Part shown: positions 48,682-57,024 of the stretch, in pieces | Layout of the letters: each line of letters opens with the position of its first letter | Position numbering within the stretch: the stretch's first letter is position 1 | NCBI GenBank assembly: GCA_963666275.2 | Contig: CAXXOA010000001.1 | Coordinates: 2,272,001 to 2,336,000 of the forward strand | DNA length: 64,000 bases | Direction of reading: 5' to 3' | From: Oceanispirochaeta sp. | Lineage (GTDB): Bacteria; Spirochaetota; Spirochaetia; DSM-2461 | The notes under the pieces: model-generated | What the model was told of the DNA's origin: nothing | Database searches by the model: none | What the model saw: only the letters and a program-made list of their open reading frames with translations | Made by a program: the position numbers and the translations under genes

Positions 48682-50458
48682 CGGTTTCCTCCCTGAGCCA
48701 GTCTTTCTCATCCTCTTTCAGACCGGGAGCAAGCCGCTCATAAACCTGTCTGTGATAGGCGTTGAGCCACCCCAGTTCTTCCGCATTCAAAAGAGAGGGA
48801 TCAATCAGATTTTTGTCGTAGGGACAGAGAGAGAGGGTCTCGAAACAGTAGAATGGCTCATCCGGATTCGGACAGTCATCCCATGGAACTGTCAGAATAA
48901 GATTTTCAATCCTGATTCCATGTTCCCCCTCCCGGTAGAGCCCCGGTTCATTGGATGTGATCATTCCCGGCAGAAGCGCTTCGTCCACAGGATGGGGACT
49001 GATCCTCTGGGGGCCTTCATGAACATTCAGAATATACCCGACTCCGTGACCGGTGCCGTGACCGTAATTCAGCCCCTCCTTCCACAGAGGCGCTCTGGCC
49101 AGTATATCCAGCTGATACCCCCGTGTCCCCCGGGGGAACTGAGCCATGGAAAGGGCTATATGTCCTTTAAGGACCAGTGTATAATCCCGGATTTCCCGCT
49201 CTGAAGGGGTACCAAGAGCAATGGTCCTTGTGATATCCGTTGTACCCTGCCTGTACTGGCCTCCCGAATCAATGAGAAAAAGTCCCCCTGCCTCCATGGT
49301 GAACTGTTTCGATTCTTCCGCTTCATAGTGACAGATAGCCCCGTGGGCCCTGTAGCCGGGGATGGGAGAGAAACTCTCATCAAGAAAGCCCTCCTGACGG
49401 CTCCTGAAATCCCGCAGTCTGGCTGCCGCTTCCAGTTCAGTCAGGGGTTTTTCATGAATTGTTTTTTTAAGCCATCGGAGAAATTGGACAAGCGCAGCCC
49501 CGTCCTTCTCCATGACCTTCCGGATCTGACTCTGCTCCACACTGTTTTTACAGGCCTTCATGGGAGTTGTAATATCCTGTTTCTGTAAAACCCGGACCCC
49601 TTCGGGAATCGCCCCGGCCAGGATAGAGTTCGTTCTGGCTCCGTTAAAAAGAAGAACCGCTCCATCGGGAAGTGAGGATACGGCATCCACAATGGCTTCA
49701 TAGGAGTGGGGAATCACACCGTCATCTTCAAGGGCCTTCAGAACTGGCTCGCTCAGCTTCTCCTCTGCCACAAACCAATCCAGAGAATCCTCAGTGAGAA
49801 GGCAGTAGCTCTGTACCACCGGGTTATAGGGGACATCCCCCCCCCTGACATTGAGAAGCCAGGCAATATCATCCATAGAGGAGAGAAGGTAATGGGTCCA
49901 GCCCGACTCTGCCATGACCTTCCGGACCCTCTGAAGTTTACCGCTTCTGGATTCACCCGATTCGGCATCCTCCAGAAGCCAGACCTTAGCCGAAGGCTGA
50001 TCCGGACGATCCGTCCAGAGTTCTTCCAGGAGGTCTTTTTTTGTTGCCACAGAGATCTGCAGAGGCAGAAAGCATCCCGCCAGAGTTTCCCACTCTTTCA
50101 CACTGAGAGTCCGGCCGTCCACACCGACCACACTGCCGGGAAGCAGCTGGTCACTTAACCACTGGCTGTACTCGGGAACATCGGGATTCCCCATTTTAAA
50201 AAGATCAATCCCCGTCCCTTCCAGTTCCTGGGCCGCCTGAATAAAATAGCGGGAATCAGTCCACAGACCGGCTTTGTCTCTGGTGATCACCACGGTTCCC
50301 GCGCTGCCCGTGAATCCCGACAGCCAGGCCCGGCCTCTCCAGTGTTCCGCCACGTATTCACTTCCGTGAGGATCCTGGCTGTAGATTATATAGGCATCCA
50401 GGGAGTTCTTTTGCATAAGCTCTCTGAGTTTCTTCAATCTCTGAAAAAAAATATTCAT
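48668..50458 (-). CDS. Xaa-Pro aminopeptidase (aminopeptidase P, M24B)
   Basis: DPHGSEY, GFTGSAG, DSGGQY..GTTDITRT, HGTGHGVG..VHEGP, NEPG, GIRIEN. Confidence 0.95.
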   Translation of the reverse strand: MNIFFQRLKKLRELMQKNSLDAYIIYSQDPHGSEYVAEHWRGRAWLSGFTGSAGTVVITRDKAGLWTDSRYFIQAAQELEGTGIDLFKMGNPDVPEYSQWLSDQLLPGSVVGVDGRTLSVKEWETLAGCFLPLQISVATKKDLLEELWTDRPDQPSAKVWLLEDAESGESRSGKLQRVRKVMAESGWTHYLLSSMDDIAWLLNVRGGDVPYNPVVQSYCLLTEDSLDWFVAEEKLSEPVLKALEDDGVIPHSYEAIVDAVSSLPDGAVLLFNGARTNSILAGAIPEGVRVLQKQDITTPMKACKNSVEQSQIRKVMEKDGAALVQFLRWLKKTIHEKPLTELEAAARLRDFRSRQEGFLDESFSPIPGYRAHGAICHYEAEESKQFTMEAGGLFLIDSGGQYRQGTTDITRTIALGTPSEREIRDYTLVLKGHIALSMAQFPRGTRGYQLDILARAPLWKEGLNYGHGTGHGVGYILNVHEGPQRISPHPVDEALLPGMITSNEPGLYREGEHGIRIENLILTVPWDDCPNPDEPFYCFETLSLCPYDKNLIDPSLLNAEELGWLNAYHRQVYERLAPGLKEDEKDWLREETDEIG

Positions 50459-50476
50459 GGTTACTCCAACTTTTTC

Positions 50477-50503
50477 TTAACATTCCGGAGGCTCTGCCGA
50501 TTA
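50477..50503 (+). promoter_or_regulatory. Sigma-28 (FliA)-like promoter
   Basis: TTAA-N15-GCCGATTA versus consensus TAAA-N15-GCCGATAA. Confidence 0.6.
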
Positions 50504-50510
50504 TTATAAC

Positions 50511-50603
50511 GTGGTTTGCCGGGAAACACTATTCCCCTCCCAACGAATACTTTCCGGCAGATCCGTTTAGTCGGTTGCCCCGCCTCGGCGGGGCTATTTT
50601 TTT
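50511..50603 (+). ncRNA. Candidate small RNA (~90 nt)
   Basis: Promoter, 13-bp stem 50513-25/50551-63, C-rich loop and intrinsic terminator, with no credible plus-strand gene nearby. Confidence 0.6.
50577..50603 (+). terminator. Intrinsic terminator on the plus strand
   Basis: GCCCCGC-CTCG-GCGGGGC-TA-TTTTTTT. Confidence 0.85.
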
Positions 50604-50662
50604 GCCCTATCGATTTTTATTTCTCAATCAAACAGGATTATTTATCATACTCTACCCATTCT

Positions 50663-50769
50663 GTACAATTTATCGCGCCTTCCCTGCTTCGGCTACGCTC
50701 AGACATCAAGAAGAAAGAATATTATCTTTTCCAGCATACCATGCGTACAGACGCGATTTATCGCGCCTC
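50663..50769. repeat. REP-like palindromes (GTAC/GTAG type, a deleted copy, and a CTTCG..CGCTCAG half element)
   Basis: GTACAGACGCGATTTATCGCGCCTC at 50745-69; GTACAATTTATCGCGCCT at 50663-80; GCTTCGGCTACGCTCAG at 50686-702. Confidence 0.55.
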
Positions 50770-50816
50770 CTCATACATTAGATCCTTCCTGATACGCGCC
50801 ACCCCTCTCTGTCCAA

Positions 50817-50942
50817 CCCTCACCCCCGGCCCCTCTCCCAGAGGGCGAGGGGAGAGAAAGCTAAATCATGTTTTCTTAGAAATTTTTGAAACCATGACAT
50901 ATTTCCCTTCTCCCTCTGGGAGAGGGGATCAAGGGGAGAGGG
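50817..50942. repeat. Inverted pair of CCCTCTCCC..GGGAGAGGG REP/BoxC-like elements
   Basis: 50817-52 and 50905-42 are near reverse complements; the spacer also pairs (TCATGTTTTC/GAAACCATGA). Confidence 0.75.
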
Positions 50943-50993
50943 TTGGTTCCAGAGATGCTGAAATGAAAATATTTCATCTTTTAATACCTAGTT

Positions 50994-51983
50994 TTACTTC
51001 TTAACCGCCCGGATATAGATCCTGGTGGGAGCCGGATACCCTTCGGTTGTCTTAGACGGATCATCGGGATCGAGAAACTGTTCAAGAGAATAGAAGACGG
51101 CCCAGTCGGTCTGACGCTGTTCGTGGGTTTCCAGTTTGAAATTGTCAAACACTTCCACCTTATGAAAACCGCTCCGGTTCAGCATGTTCACAAGAGCCGA
51201 AGCGGTCGGCAGAAACCAGTACCCCGGAGCCTGCATATACCGTCCCTCGGGAAAGAGGCAGTAGGGCTCATCTCCGGGAATGCCGCTGCTCTCCAGGATC
51301 AGAGTCCCCCCCGGCTTCATGGCCTGTGCCAGAATTTCCAGAGTCTGCAGGGGATTTCGTCTGTGATAGATGATCCCCATAAAGAAGATCACATCGAAAA
51401 AGCGGGGAAACAGTTCCAGATCATCCACCCCGAGAAGATCAAAGTTCAGCCTGGGGTCACTGTAAAATTTTCTGTTCAGCCGATGATGATAGTAGTAACG
51501 GACCATAGGGTCGATTCCCAGCACAAACCAGGGATCCTGGGGGAGCATCCGGTACATGTAGTACTCGTTATTGCATCCCACGTCACAGATCTTCTTATTT
51601 TTCAGATCCGGCAGCCAGGGAGCCACCCTGTCCCATTTGAGATTGCTCCGCCACTCTGCATCCACCTCTGTTCCGTAATAGTCAAAAGGCCCTTTCCGCC
51701 AGGGCATCAGGGCTTTGAGTGCCGCCAGAAGCTGCTCTTTTTCTCCCGGTTCCAGGTCAGACTCCTGTCCGAACCTGACAGCCTCTGAGGAAAAATCAAA
51801 GCTGTCCCCCTCCCGGAGGGAAAGGGCTTCGATGGGATCTTCCCAGACCTTCACCGAAGGTTTCTCCAGTTTAGCAGACAGCTCTTTCCTCAGGGACTTC
51901 AGCTGGTCTGTCCTGATTTCACTCCTGTAGGGTTCATAGTAGTGGTCTTTCAGGTATTCCCTGCTTACATGGCTGTGTTTCAC
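50994..51983 (-). CDS. cmoB: tRNA U34 carboxymethyltransferase
   Basis: LMPWRKGPF, D.EWRS..KW, DVGC, GIDP, YHRR.P, T.EGYPAP.R. Confidence 0.92.
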   Translation of the reverse strand: MKHSHVSREYLKDHYYEPYRSEIRTDQLKSLRKELSAKLEKPSVKVWEDPIEALSLREGDSFDFSSEAVRFGQESDLEPGEKEQLLAALKALMPWRKGPFDYYGTEVDAEWRSNLKWDRVAPWLPDLKNKKICDVGCNNEYYMYRMLPQDPWFVLGIDPMVRYYYHHRLNRKFYSDPRLNFDLLGVDDLELFPRFFDVIFFMGIIYHRRNPLQTLEILAQAMKPGGTLILESSGIPGDEPYCLFPEGRYMQAPGYWFLPTASALVNMLNRSGFHKVEVFDNFKLETHEQRQTDWAVFYSLEQFLDPDDPSKTTEGYPAPTRIYIRAVKK

Positions 51984-51986
51984 TGC

Positions 51987-52733
51987 TTATCCTTTTTTCA
52001 GGCAGATAAATGAGGAGAAATTGTACCAGCTGTAGAAAAGATCCACCGCTTCAAAACCGGCGCTTCTGAACAGCTGCTCTTCCTCTTTAAGAGAATAGGG
52101 AATCAGAACATTCTCCAGAGCTTCCCTTTTCCGGGAGATCTCCAGCTCACTGTAGCCGTTTGCCCTCTTCATATTGTAGTAGTTATCAATAAAGATCCTG
52201 CTTATATCCGTATGGGACTGGAGAGTTTTATCACTCACAAGGAGGACTCCGTTATGATTCAGCCCCTGATAGATATTCCTGATAAGCTCTTCCCTGTGAA
52301 GAGGATCAATAAACTGCAGGGTGTAATTCATGATCACCACCGAAGCATTCTGTACAGGAGTGGTCAGAATATCCGATTCGGCGATATCGATGCGACCGAA
52401 ATCCGCATCCAGGCTCTTCAGTTTTTCCCTGGCTTCCCGGCACATGGGCGCCGAATTGTCCACACCCCGTATGTAGTAGTTATGGAGTTCATGCTTTCTC
52501 AGCCCCTCCAGGAGCAGAGCCATGGTTGTACCAGTGGAGCATCCCAGGTCATATATGGTACTCCCCTCTCTGTAAAAGGTCAGTGCCAGAGTAGCCACCA
52601 TGGACTGTACATCTTTATAGTGGGGTATGCTCCTCTCAGCCATATCGTCAAAAACATGGGCGACGGTTTCATTAAACTCAAAAGGCCTGACAACAGGATC
52701 GTAGCTGTCAAATACATCATCCTTGCGATTCAT
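51987..52733 (-). CDS. cmoA: Carboxy-S-adenosyl-L-methionine synthase
   Basis: F.FNE.VA.VFDDM..RSIP.Y, YDLGCSTG, NYTLQF, GYSELEISRKREALENVL. Confidence 0.93.
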   Translation of the reverse strand: MNRKDDVFDSYDPVVRPFEFNETVAHVFDDMAERSIPHYKDVQSMVATLALTFYREGSTIYDLGCSTGTTMALLLEGLRKHELHNYYIRGVDNSAPMCREAREKLKSLDADFGRIDIAESDILTTPVQNASVVIMNYTLQFIDPLHREELIRNIYQGLNHNGVLLVSDKTLQSHTDISRIFIDNYYNMKRANGYSELEISRKREALENVLIPYSLKEEEQLFRSAGFEAVDLFYSWYNFSSFICLKKG

Positions 52734-53595
52734 AGCTGAATCCCTCCCCGAAAACTTCCCGAACATCCGAAATAAAAACAAAAGCTTCGGGATCAATATC
52801 CGAAACAATCTGCTTCAGATGCGGAATATCCCTGCTGCGGAGAACGCAAAGAAGCACCGGGCGATCCGCTCCGGTGTACATTCCCTTCCCCTTAATCTCA
52901 GTCACTCCCCTGTCCATCTCCTGAAGAATCTTTGCGCTGATGCTGTCTGACTTCAGAGAGATCACATAGGCGGCTTTTGTATAATTCACACCGATAACCA
53001 CAGCATCAATAACACGGGCTGTAATAAAAATGGTGACACCTGCATACAGAGAAAGCTCATACTGGCCGAAAACCAGCCCGGCCATCAGAACAACCAGAGC
53101 ATCAAGAACCAGGAGGATCTGTCCTACCGAAATAAAAGACAGTATTTTATGAATAATTTTTGCCGCCAGGTCGGTCCCGCCGGTGGAAGCGTCCTGACGG
53201 AAAATCAATCCCAATCCCAGTCCCATCAATCCGCCGCCCATCAGAGAAGCCAGAAGATGATCCTGTGTCAGAACAGGAACAAATGCAGTGGCATCAATAA
53301 AAACAGAGAGAACAACCGTGGCAACCAGAGTTTTCACCCCAAAAGAGCGTCCGAGCATTTTCCAGGAAAAGAGAAAGAGAGGAATATTCATAACAAGAAC
53401 CGAAACACCCACAGGGAAGCCGAAAAGATAGTAGAGTACCGTACCGATTCCGGACAGGCCCCCTCCGACGATCTTATTGGGAATCAGAAAAAAATTCATT
53501 CCCAGAGCCATGGCGAGACTTCCAAGCAGGATTACCCCGATGCTGAGGACATTTTTTCTGATCCGGTGGCTTTTACTTCTGAACCACCGGTCCAT
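52717..53595 (-). CDS. YitT-family membrane protein
   Basis: GGLSGI, NIPL, STGGTD, RGVT, IDP.AF...V.GEGF. Confidence 0.92.
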   Translation of the reverse strand: MDRWFRSKSHRIRKNVLSIGVILLGSLAMALGMNFFLIPNKIVGGGLSGIGTVLYYLFGFPVGVSVLVMNIPLFLFSWKMLGRSFGVKTLVATVVLSVFIDATAFVPVLTQDHLLASLMGGGLMGLGLGLIFRQDASTGGTDLAAKIIHKILSFISVGQILLVLDALVVLMAGLVFGQYELSLYAGVTIFITARVIDAVVIGVNYTKAAYVISLKSDSISAKILQEMDRGVTEIKGKGMYTGADRPVLLCVLRSRDIPHLKQIVSDIDPEAFVFISDVREVFGEGFSYESQG

Positions 53596-54419
53596 TACAG
53601 GTTCCGTTCCTTCCGGATAGACTCCCAGGCTTCCTGAATTTCCCTGAACCGTTCATTGGCGAACTGGGTAAACTCTTCCGGAAGGCCTTTGGCGGCAATC
53701 CTGTCGGGATGAAATTCGTTGACTTTTGTTCTATAGGCTTTGCGGATATCCGAATCAGAATCGGAAGGAGAACAGCCCAGAATACTGTAGGCCCCGGAGG
53801 AGGAAGTCGACTGAACATACTTGCTCTTCAGCCTGTCATAGGAGGTCTGGGTATACCCGAAAATGCTCACAGCCTGCTGAATGAGCTTCTCTTCCTCCGG
53901 ATGGATTCTGCCGTCTGCCGCAGCAACACGCAGCAGGATATCCAGGAGCAGCTCTATAAACTGGGCATTCCCTTTGAATGCGGCATAAAAGCGGCGCGCA
54001 TAGGAATCAAACGATTCTCCCGAACGGACAGCCGCATTGAAGATTTCCATGGCCGCCTGCTGGCTTACCGGATCCAGCCTGAGATCATGCCTCATAAACT
54101 GGGATATGGTCTGCTTTTCCTCTTCAGAAATCTGCCCGTCCGCAGCAGAGATTTTCCCCAGCATGGAAAAAAGGGAAGAGAAAAAAACACGGCTTGTATT
54201 CTGATGCTCCGCAAAGGAAGTCTGCTGCCGCTGGTACTGCCCTCCCATTCCCTGGAAGGGATTGCCCCTGAACTGACTGGAAGACCTGCCTCCTCCGGCA
54301 AAGCTTCTTCCTATGGAACTTCCTATAAGAGCACCTATAATCCCCATAAAAGGGATCCCGCTCATAAAACCGAGAATGAACCCAATGAGTCCTCCGATAA
54401 AACCTTCTAAACCTCTCAA
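53595..54419 (-). CDS. DjlA-like co-chaperone (TM + TerB + J domain)
   Basis: Gly-rich TM, ADG.IS.EE and ADG.IHPEE TerB repeats, HPD J domain; start taken as TTG 54419 after GGGGAG. Confidence 0.87.
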   Translation of the reverse strand: MRGLEGFIGGLIGFILGFMSGIPFMGIIGALIGSSIGRSFAGGGRSSSQFRGNPFQGMGGQYQRQQTSFAEHQNTSRVFFSSLFSMLGKISAADGQISEEEKQTISQFMRHDLRLDPVSQQAAMEIFNAAVRSGESFDSYARRFYAAFKGNAQFIELLLDILLRVAAADGRIHPEEEKLIQQAVSIFGYTQTSYDRLKSKYVQSTSSSGAYSILGCSPSDSDSDIRKAYRTKVNEFHPDRIAAKGLPEEFTQFANERFREIQEAWESIRKERNL

Positions 54420-54536
54420 AAATATTCTCCCCGGACATCTCTTATGCCCGTTATATAGTAAAAAAACAGTTTTGCCTTTATAAGGTAACAATAAGTTCCT
54501 CTCTGGTAAAGACAGGAATCCCTAAAGAATAGAGAA

Positions 54537-56378
54537 CTATTTTTTCCGTCTGTTATTTCTGCTCCTGCCGGAGCCGCCTGAAGTAAAAGGGGGTATCAGG
54601 CACTTCGGACCTGTCCCTATCAGATCACCTCTCCCCTCTTTCAGAAGGGCCTCTTTCACAAGTGAGTAGTTCTCGGGACGGTTGAACTGAAGGAGAGCCC
54701 TCTGCATTTTCTTTTCCCGTTCCTTCTTGACCACAGGAATGCTCTTCATGGTTTCCGGATCCAGTTCTGTATGATACATGCAGGTGGAAAGGGTTCCCGG
54801 GGTGGGATAGAAATCCTGCACCTGGTCGGGAATAAACCGGGTTTCCTTCATAAACTCAGCCAGCCGGACAGCATCTTTCAGAGTGCTTCCCGGATGAGAG
54901 GAGATAAAATAGGGTATGAGATACTGTTTTTTATCAAGCTCCCTGTTTATGGCGGCAAATTTTGCCATAAAGGTTCTGTAAACCTGATGCTTCTGTTTAT
55001 TCATAGCCTTCAGTACCCGGGGAGATACATGTTCCGGAGCCACTTTGAGCTGACCGCTCACATGATAGCGGCAGAGCTCCCGCAGAAAAGCCTCATTCCT
55101 GTCAAGAAGGAGATAGTCAAATCGGATACCCGAACGGATAAAGACTTTCTTGATCCCCTTCAGCTGCCGCAGCTCCCTCAGAAGGGCAAGATAGTCACTG
55201 TGATCCACATCCAGGTTCCTGCAGGGTTCGGGAGTCAGACACTGACGGTCAGCACAGACTCCGTGCTTCAGCTGTTTGGCACAGGAGGGAGCGCGAAAAT
55301 TGGCCGTAGGACCTCCCACATCGTGGATATACCCCTTGAACCCCTCCTGATGAATCAGTTTCTCTGCCTCGGATATGACAGATTCATGGCTCCTTGAGGA
55401 GATGACCCGGCCCTGATGATAGGTAAGGGCGCAGAAACTGCACCCACCGAAACAGCCTCTGTTATGAACCAGAGAAAACTCCACCTCTTTCAGGGCGGGG
55501 ATCCCTCCTTTCGCATCATACACAGGGTGAGCCTTTCTGGCATAGGGCAGAGCGTAAACCCGGTCCATCTCATCCCTTGTGAGGGCATGGGACGGGGGAT
55601 TCTGCACCACATACCGTTCACCGCAGGGCTCAGCCATGGGGCGGGCGGTCACAGGATCTGTATTTCTGTACTGTATCCAGAAACTGCCGGCATAGGCTTT
55701 CCGGTCCCGGGAAACATCCTCCCAGGAGGATAGGAGTTCGGTCCCTTCAGGGAAATCATCCGGGGAAGAAACAGCATAAACCGTTCCTCTCACATGCCGG
55801 ATCTCTTTTATTCCCGTCCCTTCCTGAAGAGCACGGGCGATCTGTACCATGGAGCGTTCCCCCATTCCGTACATAAGAAGATCCGCTTTGCTATCCAGAA
55901 GAACCGACTTTCTGACCTTGTCACTCCAGTAGTCATAATGGGAAAAACGGCGCAGAGACGCCTCCAGACCTCCCAGGATAACAGGAACCCCCTTATAGGC
56001 CTGCCGGGCCATGGAGGTATAGACAATGGCGGCTCTGTCAGGCCTCAGGCCCGCCTCCCCTCCCGGAGAGTAGGCATCGCTGCGGCGCCTTTTTTTATTA
56101 ACCGTATAGTGGTTGACCATGGAATCGATATTTCCGGGAGACACAAGAAAGGCCAGAGAGGGTTTTCCGAGAACCCTGAATGCATCAGGATCCTTCCAGT
56201 CGGGTTGCGGAATAATGCCTACCCGGAAACCGGCATCCTCCAGCACACGGGAGATAATCGCCGCAGCAAAAGAGGGGTGATCTACATAGGCATCTCCTGA
56301 AATGAGAACAAAATCAACATAATCCCAACCACGCTCTGCCATATCTTCACGGGTTAAAGGGAGAAAATCACGGGACAA
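54537..56378 (-). CDS. ygiQ: YgiQ-family radical SAM protein
   Basis: GDAYVDHPSF, GGLEASLRR, RGCFGGCSFC, GGPTAN, QVQDFYPTP; RBS GGAGGT. Confidence 0.92.
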   Translation of the reverse strand: MSRDFLPLTREDMAERGWDYVDFVLISGDAYVDHPSFAAAIISRVLEDAGFRVGIIPQPDWKDPDAFRVLGKPSLAFLVSPGNIDSMVNHYTVNKKRRRSDAYSPGGEAGLRPDRAAIVYTSMARQAYKGVPVILGGLEASLRRFSHYDYWSDKVRKSVLLDSKADLLMYGMGERSMVQIARALQEGTGIKEIRHVRGTVYAVSSPDDFPEGTELLSSWEDVSRDRKAYAGSFWIQYRNTDPVTARPMAEPCGERYVVQNPPSHALTRDEMDRVYALPYARKAHPVYDAKGGIPALKEVEFSLVHNRGCFGGCSFCALTYHQGRVISSRSHESVISEAEKLIHQEGFKGYIHDVGGPTANFRAPSCAKQLKHGVCADRQCLTPEPCRNLDVDHSDYLALLRELRQLKGIKKVFIRSGIRFDYLLLDRNEAFLRELCRYHVSGQLKVAPEHVSPRVLKAMNKQKHQVYRTFMAKFAAINRELDKKQYLIPYFISSHPGSTLKDAVRLAEFMKETRFIPDQVQDFYPTPGTLSTCMYHTELDPETMKSIPVVKKEREKKMQRALLQFNRPENYSLVKEALLKEGRGDLIGTGPKCLIPPFTSGGSGRSRNNRRKK

Positions 56379-56427
56379 AACCACCTCCTGGACAAAGGGG
56401 CATCTTAACATCCGGACAGGGGAAAAT

Positions 56428-57024
56428 CTACTCCAGAGAGAGAAGTATTCGAGCTCTATGGGCTAAAAAGACGTGCTTTTGGATATAGCTGTTCTCCCGC
56501 ATGTCAAAACGGATATCATAAAAAGCCGAATCATAGTCTGACTGAAGCTCCACAACCTGCTCATCACCGTTAAGAAAATACCCTGAAAGCAGGTTATCTC
56601 CCCAGGTATCATCTGTTTCGGATGAGATAAACAGGCCGGTAATGGTATCGCCGGTTTTATTGACAAGGGTAAAGGTCAGCCCCTCTCCCGGAGAGAGGGC
56701 CAGAAGATCCTTGGGCTGGATCAGGATCTTATTCCTTTCTCCCAGATCGATATTGTTTTTCAGATAGATCTCCCCATCCTCGTCAACGAGCCGTATCTTG
56801 TACAGTCCTTCCACAAGATCTTCTTCAAAGGAGACAACTGCAAAACTGTCGTTCAGTATCACATCATAGGGAAGAACATCCTCTCCCCAGTCATTGCTCT
56901 CCTGATCAGTGAAATAGACTTCATAAAGGGGAAACCCCGTTTTATTGACAATAACAACCTCTTCCGCAAAAGAAGAGAAAAGAGAGAGCAGAAGAAGCAG
57001 AAAAATAAAATGCACCTGTCTCAC
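56428..57024 (-). CDS. Exported protein with two tandem beta-rich repeats
   Basis: Signal peptide; IVNKTG...DWGEDVL and LVNKTG...TWGDNLL; GTGA overlap with the cyclase stop. Confidence 0.75.
   Translation of the reverse strand: MRQVHFIFLLLLLSLFSSFAEEVVIVNKTGFPLYEVYFTDQESNDWGEDVLPYDVILNDSFAVVSFEEDLVEGLYKIRLVDEDGEIYLKNNIDLGERNKILIQPKDLLALSPGEGLTFTLVNKTGDTITGLFISSETDDTWGDNLLSGYFLNGDEQVVELQSDYDSAFYDIRFDMRENSYIQKHVFLAHRARILLSLE

Noticed and set aside
49837..49845. C9 homopolymer in aminopeptidase P as a phase-variation tract
   Set aside because: ORF is intact, the run encodes an ordinary RGGD segment, and one sequence cannot show variation
50516..51004. 162-aa plus-strand ORF
   Set aside because: Runs through a strong terminator and REP palindromes; PSPxGRG peptides are repeat translations; no RBS
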